Below, piece by piece: positions 38,552 through 47,974 of a stretch of 64,000 nt of DNA. This DNA comes from Candidatus Melainabacteria bacterium (GTDB taxonomy: Bacteria > Actinomycetota > Actinomycetes > Mycobacteriales > Pseudonocardiaceae): NCBI GenBank assembly GCA_963702275.1, contig CAVPCF010000184.1, positions 55,548 to 119,547 of the forward strand. Reading direction: 5' to 3'. The translations under genes and the position numbers were made by a program. Numbering within the stretch: the stretch's first letter is position 1; every line of letters starts with the position of its first letter. Below the pieces are notes generated by a model, which saw only the letters and a program-made list of their open reading frames with translations, made no database searches and had not been told where the DNA came from.

Positions 38552-38565
38552 TGAAAACGTTTACA
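38552..38565. promoter_or_regulatory. LacI/GalR-type (cre-like) operator candidate
   Basis: TGAAAACGTTTACA is 12/14 palindromic and fits TGnAAnCGnTTnCA. It lies 26 nt upstream of ATG 38591. Confidence 0.35.
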
Positions 38566-38590
38566 GTCCAAACGGAGCGTTGGAGGACGA

Positions 38591-40696
38591 ATGAGGGGTC
38601 GGGGTCTCACGGTGCTGGCGTGCGCGACGGTCGTCGCCGCGGCACTGATGACGACGGCGGTCGCCGGCGGGCACGCGGCGCCGCTCGCGGATCCGCTGCT
38701 GTCCCAGGGCAAACCCGTGACGGCATCGTCGGCTGGCGGCTGTTGTCCCGCGGCGGCTGCGGTGGACGGCAACTCGGCGACCCGCTGGGCCAGCGTCGCC
38801 GGCACCGATCCACAGTGGCTCTACGTCGACCTCGGCGCGGTCGCCCACGTGAGCCGGGTGCGGTTGCAGTGGGACACGTCGTGCGCCACCGCCTACGAGA
38901 TCGACGTCTCGAACGACCACGCCACCTGGTCGAAGATCTTCTCGACCACCGCGGGGAAGGGTGGCGTCGAGGACCTGACCACGCTGGACGGCGTCGGCAG
39001 GTTCGTCCGGATGTTCGGCACGAAGCGCTGCCGCGCCGACGCGACCCACGGCTACTCGCTGCAGGAGTTCGGCGTCTTCGGCACGATCGGCGGCGACACG
39101 ACACCCCCGACACCGCCCGGCACCCCGACCCTGGTCGGCGACACGTCCAACAGCATCACCGTCTCGTGGACCGCGTCCACCGACAACGTCGGCGTGACCG
39201 GCTACGAGGTCCTGCACGACGGGCAGCTCTGCCAGACCGTCAGCGGCACGACCCTGACCGGCACCTGCGACAACCTGAGCCCGAACACCCAGTACGGGAT
39301 GTTCGTCAATGCCATCGACGCGGCCGGCAACGTGTCCCAGGCCAGCGGCACGCTCAACGTGACGACACCGCCGTCCACCGACCACACGCCGCCAACGGTG
39401 CCGACGAACGTGCACACGACCGCGGTGACCAACGACAGCATCAGCCTCGCGTGGACCGCGTCCACAGACAACGTCGGTGTTACCCGCTACACAGTCTTCA
39501 ACGTTGTGAACGGTGTCCCCACCAAAGTCGGCGAGTCAACGGGCAACAGTCCCGCCGCCACGGTCGCCAACCTCACGCCGAGCACGGCCTTCCACCTGGA
39601 CGTCACCGCGTCGGACGCCAACGGCAACGCGAGTGCCGCCAGCACACCGATCCTCGACGTGACCACGTTGGCCGGCGCGTCGTGCACGCCGTCGCAGGGC
39701 GTCTGCACGGCCACCCAGGTCGGCACGGACGACGACGTCGTGTGGGGCCTTGTCACGCTGCCGGACGGCACGATCCTGTTCAACGAGCGCGACGCGCACG
39801 ACATCGTCCACCTGAACCCGAAGACCGGCGCGAAGAACACGATCGGCACGGTTCCCAACGTGCAGAGCACCGACGGCGAGGGCGGCCTGACCGGCCTGGA
39901 GATCAACCCGGCCAGTTTCGCCACCGACCACTGGCTCTACATCATGCACACCTCGCCGACGGACAACCGGATCGTCCGCATCAAGTACGACCCGACCGGC
40001 GACACGCTGCAGACGAGCACCGAGCAGATCCTGCTGACCGGCATCGCGCGCAACAAGTTCCACAACGGCGGCCGGCTGCGCTTCAGCCCGGACGGCAAGT
40101 TCCTGTTCGCCGGCACCGGTGACGCGGAGAACGGCGCCAACGCGCAGAACACCAGCAGCCCCAACGGAAAGGTGCTGCGCATCAACCCGGACGGCTCGAT
40201 CCCGCCGGACAACCCGTTCCACAACGCGGTGTGGAGCATCGGCCACCGCAACGTGCAGGGGCTGGCGTTCGACTCGCAGGGCCGGCTGTGGGAGCAGGAG
40301 TTCGGCAACAACATCATGGACGAGACCAACCTCATCGTGAAGGGCGGCAACTACGGCTGGCCCTCCTGCGAGGGCACCTCCGGCACCTGTGGCACGGCGG
40401 GCTTCATCGCGCCCAAGCAGACCTACCCGGTGGCCCAGGGCTCGTGCAGCGGCATCACGATCATCCGTGACTTCCTCTACGTGGCATGCGAACGCGGCAC
40501 ACGGCTGTACCGGGAGCAGATCAGCGGCAGCAGCCTGACCAAGGTCCGGCAGTTCTTCGTCGGCACGTTCGGCCGGCTGCGCACCGTCGAGCCGGCACCG
40601 GACGGCGGCATGTGGATGGCCACGTCCAACGGCGGTGACAAGGACAGCATCCCGCACAACAGCAACAACATCATCTTCCACGTGACGGTGTCGTAG
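38591..40696 (+). CDS. secreted multidomain protein: F5/8 type C domain, 2 FN3 domains and a PQQ-dependent (soluble glucose/sorbosone) sugar dehydrogenase beta-propeller
   Basis: Signal peptide. Discoidin module (VDGNSATRWAS...GYSLQEFGVFG). Two FN3 modules (WTASTDNVGVTGYEV / WTASTDNVGVTRYTV). The propeller carries HNGGRLRFSPDG and GHRNVQGLAFD motifs. Confidence 0.8.
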   Translation: MRGRGLTVLACATVVAAALMTTAVAGGHAAPLADPLLSQGKPVTASSAGGCCPAAAAVDGNSATRWASVAGTDPQWLYVDLGAVAHVSRVRLQWDTSCATAYEIDVSNDHATWSKIFSTTAGKGGVEDLTTLDGVGRFVRMFGTKRCRADATHGYSLQEFGVFGTIGGDTTPPTPPGTPTLVGDTSNSITVSWTASTDNVGVTGYEVLHDGQLCQTVSGTTLTGTCDNLSPNTQYGMFVNAIDAAGNVSQASGTLNVTTPPSTDHTPPTVPTNVHTTAVTNDSISLAWTASTDNVGVTRYTVFNVVNGVPTKVGESTGNSPAATVANLTPSTAFHLDVTASDANGNASAASTPILDVTTLAGASCTPSQGVCTATQVGTDDDVVWGLVTLPDGTILFNERDAHDIVHLNPKTGAKNTIGTVPNVQSTDGEGGLTGLEINPASFATDHWLYIMHTSPTDNRIVRIKYDPTGDTLQTSTEQILLTGIARNKFHNGGRLRFSPDGKFLFAGTGDAENGANAQNTSSPNGKVLRINPDGSIPPDNPFHNAVWSIGHRNVQGLAFDSQGRLWEQEFGNNIMDETNLIVKGGNYGWPSCEGTSGTCGTAGFIAPKQTYPVAQGSCSGITIIRDFLYVACERGTRLYREQISGSSLTKVRQFFVGTFGRLRTVEPAPDGGMWMATSNGGDKDSIPHNSNNIIFHVTVS

Positions 40697-40708
40697 CCCC
40701 GGTCCACC

Positions 40709-40738
40709 TTGACACTGTCACATTGACAGTGTCAGTAT
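40709..40738 (+). promoter_or_regulatory. MerR-type promoter/operator candidate
   Basis: TTGACA (40709-40714), an 18-19-nt spacer and CAGTAT (40733-40738). The spacer holds the perfect inverted repeat GACACTGTCA-cat-TGACAGTGTC (40711-40733). ATG 40745 is 7 nt after the -10, so the mRNA may be leaderless. Confidence 0.5.
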
Positions 40739-40744
40739 CGAGGC

Positions 40745-41311
40745 ATGGACGAACTGTGGACGATCGATGAGCTGTCGGCGCTGGTCGCCGAGGCACTGGT
40801 CGTCGACTACCCGGGTCCGCCCAACGGGCGGGCCCGGGTCGTGCCTGACCAACGCACCATCCGCTGGTACACCACCATCGGCCTGCTCGACCGGCCGACC
40901 GCGATGCGCGGCCGCACCGCGCTCTACGACCGCCGCCACCTGCTGCAACTCGTGGCCATCAAGCGTTTGCAGGCCGACGGCCACACCCTTGCCGATGTCC
41001 AACAGCGGTTGGTCGGCGCGACCGACCCGGTCCTCACCGACATCGCGCGCCTGCCCGTCCAGTCGCCGCCCAACGGCAAAGCGGCTCGGCCCGCGCCGCC
41101 TCATCGGGACAGATTCTGGGCGGCCCCGCCCACCAGTGCGCTCGTGCACGGTGTGCGCCTCGCCGACGGTGTCACCGTCATGCTCGCCGCCGCTCGTGTC
41201 CCGACAAGGGACGACCTCGCCGCGATCGAGGAAGCGGCAGGCCCACTGCTCGACGTGCTGCGCCAACGCGGCCTGAATCCCGAAGGGAATGCCCATGACA
41301 ACGCACGTTGA
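40745..41311 (+). CDS. MerR family transcriptional regulator
   Basis: N-terminal HTH (WTIDELSALV...RTIRWYTTIGLLDRP...ALYDRRHLLQLVAIKRLQADGHTLADVQ). Confidence 0.8.
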   Translation: MDELWTIDELSALVAEALVVDYPGPPNGRARVVPDQRTIRWYTTIGLLDRPTAMRGRTALYDRRHLLQLVAIKRLQADGHTLADVQQRLVGATDPVLTDIARLPVQSPPNGKAARPAPPHRDRFWAAPPTSALVHGVRLADGVTVMLAAARVPTRDDLAAIEEAAGPLLDVLRQRGLNPEGNAHDNAR

Positions 41312-43625
41312 CCCGATGACCGCGGACGAACTCGCCCGGCACGCGAACCCGCTCGACGACGCGGGCTGCGGCACGCTCGGCACCGCGCGCGGCAACCTGC
41401 CACTGGACGAACTGGACCTGCGGGCCAGCATCGCGGGCCTGGCCACGGACATGGAGCTGACCCAGAGCTTCCACAACCCGTACGACGAGCCGCTCGAGGC
41501 GACCTACATCTTCCCGCTGCCCGACCGCGCGGCCGTGACCCGGCTGCGGATGACGGCGGGCGACCGGGTGGTCGAAGGGGTGCTGAAGGAACGCGGCGCC
41601 GCGCGCGCCGACTACGACCAGGCACTGGACGCCGGGCAGCGAGCCTCGATCGCCGAAGAGGAACGGCCCGGCGTGTTCACCATGCGGGTCGGGAACATCC
41701 TGCCCGGCGAGCGGGTGACCGTCGCCCTCACACTGGCCGGGCGCCTGCCGTTCGAGGACGGCGAGGCCACCTTCCGGTTCCCGCTCGTGGTCGCGCCCCG
41801 GTACATTCCCGGCTCGGTGTTGCCCGGCGGTTCGGTCGGCGACGGCGTCAGTCCGGACACCGACGCCGTGCCGGACGCGTCGCGGATCAGTCCGCCGGTG
41901 CTGCTGCCGCATTTCCCCAACCCGGTGCGGCTGTCCGTCTCGGTGGACATCGACCCGGCCGGATTGCCGTTGGGGCGGGTCAGTTCCAGCCTGCACGTGA
42001 CCACTGTGGACACATCCGGTGATCGTTGCCTGGTCAGCCTGGCAGTGGGGGACCGAGTGAACCGGGACTTCGTGCTGCGGCTGCGCCTAGGTGCCGATGA
42101 CGCCGTTGCCAGTTCGCTGGCCGTGGTGCCGGACGAGCAGGGCGGCACGTTCGCCTGCACCGTGTTGCCGCCCGCGATCGCCGCGCCCGACCGGCCGCGT
42201 GACGTCGTGTTGGTGCTGGACCGGTCCGGCAGTATGGACGGCTGGAAGATGGTGGCCGCTCGGCGTGCCGCCGCTCGGATCGTGGACACTTTCGGTTCTG
42301 CTGACCGGTTCGCGGTGCTGGCCTTCGACCACGGCGTGGAGTCGCCGCCCGGGTTGCCGGGCGCGCTGGTGGCCGGGACCGATCGCAATCGGTTCCGTGC
42401 CATCGAACATCTGGCCGGGTTGGCCGCTCGCGGTGGCACCGAGATGCTGGCGCCGTTGCGTCAGGCCGCTGCGCTGCTGTCCGCTTCCGGTGCGCGGGAA
42501 TCGGTGATCGTGCTGGTCACCGATGGCCAGGTCGGCAACGAGGACCAGATCCTGCAGTCACTCGCGCCCGTCGTGGCGGGTATCCGCATTCATACCGTCG
42601 GCGTCGACACGGCGGTCAACAAGGCGTTTCTGCAGCGGCTGGCCGGTCTCGGCGGCGGCCGGTGTGAGTTGGTGGAGTCCGAGGACCGGTTGGACGAGGC
42701 CATGCGGCACATCCACCGGCGGATCGGCAGGCCGCTCGTCACCGATCTGCGGCTGGTGGCGGACGGCCTGTCGGTTGACACGTCGACCATCGCGCCCGCC
42801 GTGCTGCCGGACCTGTATCCGGGGGCGCCGGTGGTGATCACCGGTCGCTACCATGGTGCGCCTTCTGGCGGTGTCACGGTGACCGGTCGGGCCGCCGACA
42901 GCGACTGGCGGACTTCGGCGGTCGCGTCGCCGAGTGGCCACCATGGGTTGCGGGCCATCTGGGCCAGGGCGCACGTGCGGGACCTTGAGGATCGTTACGT
43001 CACCGCGTCGTTCGCCGATCATGACGCGCTGGAGCGGCGGATCGTCGCTGTGTCGTTGGAGTTCGGTGTGCTGTGCCGGTTCACCGCGTTCGTCGCCGTC
43101 GACGATCGGGTGGTGAACGCGGGCGGCACGCTGCATCGGGTGACGCAGCCGGTGGAACTGCCGCAGGGATGGTCGATGCCGGCCGCGCCGTCGGCCGCCG
43201 CGTTCACCGCGATGTCCGCGTCCTCGGCACCGATGCCTCGGCCGGCCGGCAAGACACGTGCCCGGCGTACCGCGGGGGCAATGGACGCAGGGGCTATGGC
43301 AGTGCCGTTGAGCGCGATCATTCCGGCGCTTCCGGTTACGCTGCACGCCTTTGCCAGGCAGGCACTGGACCGCCTGCGCGCGGCCGCTGACCAGCCGTTG
43401 GACGAGCGGATTCGGCTGCTGGTCGAGTTGGGCGTCGAACTCGTTGCCGTGTTGGACCGCGTTCCCGGCCTGCCAGCGGAGACTCTGGCGCAGTTGCGTG
43501 AGCTGGCGGCCAGGTTGTCGGGTCCGGCGACCGATGTTGACACCGACTGGCAGGCCGCGGTTGACATCTTCGAGCCGCTCGCGGGGGAGACGACGCGTCG
43601 CGGGCGGCCGTTCTGGAAGCGGTAA
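41295..43625 (+). CDS. VIT domain plus von Willebrand factor A (vWA) domain protein
   Basis: VIT-like N-terminus (LDLRASIAGLATDMELTQSFHNPYDEPLEATYIFPLPDRAAV). vWA MIDAS motif (VLVLDRSGSM). The start is chosen at the second ATG because of the GAAGGGA spacing. Overlaps the merR-like 3' end. Confidence 0.85.
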   Translation: MTTHVDPMTADELARHANPLDDAGCGTLGTARGNLPLDELDLRASIAGLATDMELTQSFHNPYDEPLEATYIFPLPDRAAVTRLRMTAGDRVVEGVLKERGAARADYDQALDAGQRASIAEEERPGVFTMRVGNILPGERVTVALTLAGRLPFEDGEATFRFPLVVAPRYIPGSVLPGGSVGDGVSPDTDAVPDASRISPPVLLPHFPNPVRLSVSVDIDPAGLPLGRVSSSLHVTTVDTSGDRCLVSLAVGDRVNRDFVLRLRLGADDAVASSLAVVPDEQGGTFACTVLPPAIAAPDRPRDVVLVLDRSGSMDGWKMVAARRAAARIVDTFGSADRFAVLAFDHGVESPPGLPGALVAGTDRNRFRAIEHLAGLAARGGTEMLAPLRQAAALLSASGARESVIVLVTDGQVGNEDQILQSLAPVVAGIRIHTVGVDTAVNKAFLQRLAGLGGGRCELVESEDRLDEAMRHIHRRIGRPLVTDLRLVADGLSVDTSTIAPAVLPDLYPGAPVVITGRYHGAPSGGVTVTGRAADSDWRTSAVASPSGHHGLRAIWARAHVRDLEDRYVTASFADHDALERRIVAVSLEFGVLCRFTAFVAVDDRVVNAGGTLHRVTQPVELPQGWSMPAAPSAAAFTAMSASSAPMPRPAGKTRARRTAGAMDAGAMAVPLSAIIPALPVTLHAFARQALDRLRAAADQPLDERIRLLVELGVELVAVLDRVPGLPAETLAQLRELAARLSGPATDVDTDWQAAVDIFEPLAGETTRRGRPFWKR

Positions 43626-43660
43626 CAGATGTCACCACCGTCCATGATCATCACATTCTT

Positions 43661-44770
43661 TCACGCCCCGCTGAACCGGTAGGCGCGTTTCGCGTTTTCG
43701 TGGCCGATCATGCGACAGATGCGGTCCGCGTCGTCGGATGTCCAGGTGTCCTCGGCGAGTCCTTCGCTGAGGACACCGGACAGTCCGCGACGGAACAACA
43801 GGGCACCCAAATGGTAGTGTTCGGCGAGACCGAAGGCGTCGCTTGAGTAAAGGACCTTGCCGAATGGCGCTATTTCCAACAGTTCCGCGATGAGGGCCTG
43901 ACTTCGGAAACCAGCATGGTGCATGGCCAGGCCGACATCGACGAACACATGGCGGAATACCTGGGCGAGATAGCCCGCGTTCCGGTGGAACGGGTAATTG
44001 TGCAAAAGCATGATCGGCACGCCGGTGTGCTGAGTCGCGCGCAGCAAGTCCGTGAGCAGCAACGAATCGCATTCGCGGAGGTTCAGGTCGGCGTCGCCGT
44101 AACCCACGTGGAACTGGACCGGTAGGCCGTTGTCGATGGCCAGCCAAATGAGATATCTGTGCAGGGTCTCGTTGGCCAATCTTGGCTTGCCGGACTGTCG
44201 CCAGCGGTCGGCTGCCGTGCGTACTTCCGCGTCTGTTGGGCGGGTGCCGGACAGGCGTAGGCCGACTCGGTAGGCGGCGATCGACTTGCAGCCGATCGCG
44301 TCGCGTTTGGCCAGTGCTTCCGCGCAGTTCGTGGCGAAGTCGCCGTCGTTGTGTAGGACGGACTCCGCCAGGGTTTCCAGGCGGACTATCTCGTGGGTTC
44401 GGATGCCGGCAAGTGTGGCCAGTTCGTCCGGCGTGGTCAGTTGTTCTTGGCGGAAACCGCTGTCTACCAACAGGTCGGTGCTCCCTGTGGTGGCCAGCAT
44501 GCGGTGGTTTACTTCCGTTGCGCCGAGTTCTGCTCTGCGGGCCAGGTAGTCCTCGGGGGATGCGTGTGGCGGTAGGTCCAGTACGGGGGCGCACCAGCGT
44601 CTTACCGCAAGGCCGATCGCGGAGTCGAACAGCGTCGTGCCCAGTGGGCTGATCGTGTCGGCTTCGGTGAGCAGCTCCTCGAAGGACGTGCGGTCCAGGT
44701 CGGTGCGTATCAGGCCGTGGCAGTGGTGGTCGATCAGCGGCAGGTCCGCGATGCACGACAGGATGGTCAT
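43661..44770 (-). CDS. amidohydrolase family metal-dependent hydrolase
   Basis: N-terminal IDHHCH metal motif. 369 aa. ATGA overlap with the upstream permease gene. Confidence 0.75.
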   Translation of the reverse strand: MTILSCIADLPLIDHHCHGLIRTDLDRTSFEELLTEADTISPLGTTLFDSAIGLAVRRWCAPVLDLPPHASPEDYLARRAELGATEVNHRMLATTGSTDLLVDSGFRQEQLTTPDELATLAGIRTHEIVRLETLAESVLHNDGDFATNCAEALAKRDAIGCKSIAAYRVGLRLSGTRPTDAEVRTAADRWRQSGKPRLANETLHRYLIWLAIDNGLPVQFHVGYGDADLNLRECDSLLLTDLLRATQHTGVPIMLLHNYPFHRNAGYLAQVFRHVFVDVGLAMHHAGFRSQALIAELLEIAPFGKVLYSSDAFGLAEHYHLGALLFRRGLSGVLSEGLAEDTWTSDDADRICRMIGHENAKRAYRFSGA

Positions 44771-46230
44771 GTTGCGTTCGCGTCGGTGAGTCGGGTGGCC
44801 ATGCGGCGCGCCAACCGTGGCGCTGCCAGCACCAACACGACGGCCAGTACCAGGATGCCGCCCGCGGCCACCGGGAACCATTGCGCCGGGCCGGTTGTCG
44901 GGTACGGCACGACGTTGACATACACGGTATATCCCAATAGCCCGATAGCGCCGATCGGGAAGATCACCTGCCACAGTGGTACCGACATCTTGCGCTGCAC
45001 GAACACCAGACGGATCGCGCCGACCGTGGTCAGCAGATAGACAACCAGGATGATCAACGTGCCGATGGTGCCGGACCAGGCAAAGGTATCGGTCGCCGTG
45101 GCACCGAACGCCAACGCGCACAGGAGGATGATCCCGGCCGCGATGCCGGCGACCGTGGTCACCGCGCCGGCCGGCGTGCCACGCCGGGAGAGCCGGCCGA
45201 TGCCGCGTTCGCCGATCGTGTCCCGGCCCAGCGCGTAGAGCAGTCGGGAACCGCCGACCACGCAGGCCAGGCAGCAGCCGAACGCGCTGATCGCGGCGCC
45301 GAGACTGATGATGTCGCCGACCCACGACCCGAGGTAGCCGGTACTCAGATCACCGAGCAGCGACGACGACTTCGTGAACCGGCCGACCGACGCCGAGTCG
45401 GTGCCGAAGGCCATCATCTCGACGGCAGTGACCACCACGAAGTACACGCCGCCGAAGATCGCCGTGCCGAGGATGGCGCGTGGAATGTTGCGCTTCGCGT
45501 CGTTCGTCTCCTCGCCGAGCGTGGCGGCCGCCTCGAAACCGGCGAACGACAGGAAACCGAACACGGCGCCGAGGAACACACCCGACAGGCCGACGTTCGA
45601 GGTGAACGTGAACACGCTGGTGGTGAAGTGTTGACCTGCCGGCGCGGTGCCGCTGATCAACCGGACCCCGATGATCACCGTGACCAGCAGGATCAGCGCG
45701 ACCGTCGCGCCTTCCAGACCGAGCAGGATGCTGGTGCCACGCTTGGCAGGCGTGACCGCCAACAGCCACGCCCCGACCAGCGCGACCGCGACCAGCACGA
45801 ACGGCCCCCACGTCGGTGGGTTCGGCCAGATGCCGGTCTCGGTCAGGAACGCCGTGCCCAGATTGCCCGCCGCCGACGACGTGACGACCGCGTAGAAGGT
45901 GTACGTGCCGAGCAGGCCGATGCCGGACACCACGCCGGTCCGCAAGCCGAGCGTCGCGCCGACGAACGCGTAGACCGAACCGGCGTGCTGATAGTACTGG
46001 CACAGCCGGACAAAACCGTACGCGACGAGCAGGACACCGATGGCGGACAGGAAGAACGCCAGCGGCACGGCCCGCCCCGCGGCCACGCCGGTCTGCTGGG
46101 GGTTGATGTTGGCGGCCATGCTCGGCGCCATCAGGGCGACGGACAGGCCGACGGCCTGCCAGACCGACAGGTTGCGCCGCAGCCCGGTCGTGGTCGGCGT
46201 GTCGACTCGCGCCTGAACTTGTTCGGACAT
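44767..46230 (-). CDS. APC family amino acid/polyamine permease
   Basis: About 12 TM segments. N-terminal GLRRNLSVWQAVGLSVALMAPS. Trimmed to ATG 46230. Confidence 0.85.
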   Translation of the reverse strand: MSEQVQARVDTPTTTGLRRNLSVWQAVGLSVALMAPSMAANINPQQTGVAAGRAVPLAFFLSAIGVLLVAYGFVRLCQYYQHAGSVYAFVGATLGLRTGVVSGIGLLGTYTFYAVVTSSAAGNLGTAFLTETGIWPNPPTWGPFVLVAVALVGAWLLAVTPAKRGTSILLGLEGATVALILLVTVIIGVRLISGTAPAGQHFTTSVFTFTSNVGLSGVFLGAVFGFLSFAGFEAAATLGEETNDAKRNIPRAILGTAIFGGVYFVVVTAVEMMAFGTDSASVGRFTKSSSLLGDLSTGYLGSWVGDIISLGAAISAFGCCLACVVGGSRLLYALGRDTIGERGIGRLSRRGTPAGAVTTVAGIAAGIILLCALAFGATATDTFAWSGTIGTLIILVVYLLTTVGAIRLVFVQRKMSVPLWQVIFPIGAIGLLGYTVYVNVVPYPTTGPAQWFPVAAGGILVLAVVLVLAAPRLARRMATRLTDANAT

Positions 46231-46306
46231 AGTCACCCCCGGTGATCCCGCTGCCGTCTGCGGTAGCCTGCGCGCTGTCCTGCGAGTGTGCAAGTGTGAG
46301 GTGGCC

Positions 46307-47668
46307 ATGGACGAACGGGAACGTCGAGAGGCCAGGGAGCGCGCACGTGGCGTGGTCGCCGACCTGGCGACGCGCGGGGTGCACGCGGTCGCGGTCACCT
46401 GGGTGGACAACAGTGGGATCACCCGGATGAAGGCGGTGCCGAGGACCAGGGTCGCCGCGGCAGCGGCGTGGGGGATCGGTGCGTCGCCGTGTTTCGATAC
46501 GTTCCTGTTCAACGACGTGCCGGTCACGTCGGGCGCCGTCGGCGACCTGCGGCTGCACCCGGACCTGGCCCGCGTGACGGTCCTGGCAGGCCAACCCGGC
46601 TGGGCGTGGGCCCCCGCCGACCGCTACGACCTCGACGGCCGCCCACACCCGGTCGACCAGCGCATCCTCGCGCGCACCGCGACGGACCGCCTGGCGGCAC
46701 AGGGTTTCACGGCCAAGGTCGCGTTCGAGGTGGAGTGGGTGATCGGCGAGGACACCGATGCCTTCCATCCGGCCGTGCGCGGCCCCGGCTACGGTTTCGC
46801 CCGGCTGGTCGAGCGCTCGGACTACGTGCGGGACCTGGTCGTGGCGTTCGCCGAGCAGGGTGTCGAGGTCGACCAGATCCACCCGGAGTACAGCCCCGGC
46901 CAGTTCGAGGTGTCGGTTGCCGCGGCCGACCCGGTGCGCGCGGCTGACGACTACGTCCTGGTGCGGGAGACGATCAGGGCGATCAGCGCGCGGCACGGGC
47001 TGCGACCGTCGTTCTCCCCGAAGGTCCTCGCCGAAGGTGTCGGCAACGGTGGCCACGTGCACCTGAGCCTGTGGCGCGACGACACCAACCTGTTCGCCGG
47101 CGGCGACGGCCCGTGTGCCATGACGACGACGGCCTCGTCGTTCACGGCCGGCATCCTCGATCGATTGCCGGCGCTGCTGGCGATCGGGGCGCCGTCGGTG
47201 GTCAGTTACCTGAGGCTGGTTCCGCAGCACTGGGCCGGCGCGTTCGCCGTGTGGGGCCCGGAAAATCGCGAAGCGGCCTTGCGTCTGGTGACCGGTCCGG
47301 CCGGCAACCGTTCGTCGTCGGCGAATCTCGAGGTGAAGTGCTTCGATCAGACGGCGAATCCGTATCTGGTGGTCGCCGCTCTGATCTTCGCCGGTCTGGC
47401 CGGCATCGCCGAACGGGCACAGCTACCCGAACCGGTCGACGTCGACCCGGCGTTGTTGGCCGAGGACGAGCGAAATCGGCGTGGCATTCGCCGGCTGCCT
47501 ACTTCCCTGGCGTTGTCGACCGACGCGTTCGAGGCCGATTCGGTCCTGACAGCCGACTTCGGGCCCGAACGCACGGCGGCGATCGTCGCGGTGCGGCGCG
47601 GCGAGATCGCGCATTTTGCCGACGCCACACCGGAAGAGATCACCGAGCAACTCAGGTGGGTGCACTGA
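46307..47668 (+). CDS. glutamine synthetase family protein (GlnA-like gamma-glutamyl ligase)
   Basis: GS catalytic motifs (HPEYSPGQFEVS, NGGHVHLSLW). Divergent from the permease-amidohydrolase pair. Confidence 0.85.
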   Translation: MDERERREARERARGVVADLATRGVHAVAVTWVDNSGITRMKAVPRTRVAAAAAWGIGASPCFDTFLFNDVPVTSGAVGDLRLHPDLARVTVLAGQPGWAWAPADRYDLDGRPHPVDQRILARTATDRLAAQGFTAKVAFEVEWVIGEDTDAFHPAVRGPGYGFARLVERSDYVRDLVVAFAEQGVEVDQIHPEYSPGQFEVSVAAADPVRAADDYVLVRETIRAISARHGLRPSFSPKVLAEGVGNGGHVHLSLWRDDTNLFAGGDGPCAMTTTASSFTAGILDRLPALLAIGAPSVVSYLRLVPQHWAGAFAVWGPENREAALRLVTGPAGNRSSSANLEVKCFDQTANPYLVVAALIFAGLAGIAERAQLPEPVDVDPALLAEDERNRRGIRRLPTSLALSTDAFEADSVLTADFGPERTAAIVAVRRGEIAHFADATPEEITEQLRWVH

Positions 47669-47747
47669 GGCGTCGTGTTGTTCACGCCGCCGCAGGCTCC
47701 TCAGGGCTGTCTCCGAATTCCCTGGGCTGGGTCTGTCCCTTTGGTGT

Positions 47748-47955
47748 GGTGGGCGTCTTGCTGTTCGGTGTTTGGCTGGTCCGCACGCTGTGGGCTTCTG
47801 CATCACCCCGATACTCGATTGTCGTGACGGTTGGTGGGGTTTGTCAAGGCGGGAAAGAGTACCTTGACAAACCCCACCAACCGCTTTAACAGAGGGCCCG
47901 TATCGGGGTGATGCAGAAGGACTGGGCAAACAACGGAATGCCGCGTTGTTGAGGC
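47748..47955. repeat. left arm of a 208-bp near-perfect inverted repeat
   Basis: Reverse complement of 48344-48551 with 2 mismatches by manual alignment (ctttaacagag vs ctttcaaagag). Contains the internal extended hairpin 47795-47919. Confidence 0.9.
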
Positions 47956-47974
47956 CGGTCCCATCGAAGCTAAA

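Noticed and set aside
47864-47900. TTGACA boxes inside the hairpin arms and GGGCTTGACA in the 140-nt element, as possible promoters.
   Set aside because: I could find no acceptable -10 hexamer (TAnnnT) at 16-19-nt spacing downstream of any of them. The TAGGGT/TAGATT sequences lie only 4 nt away.
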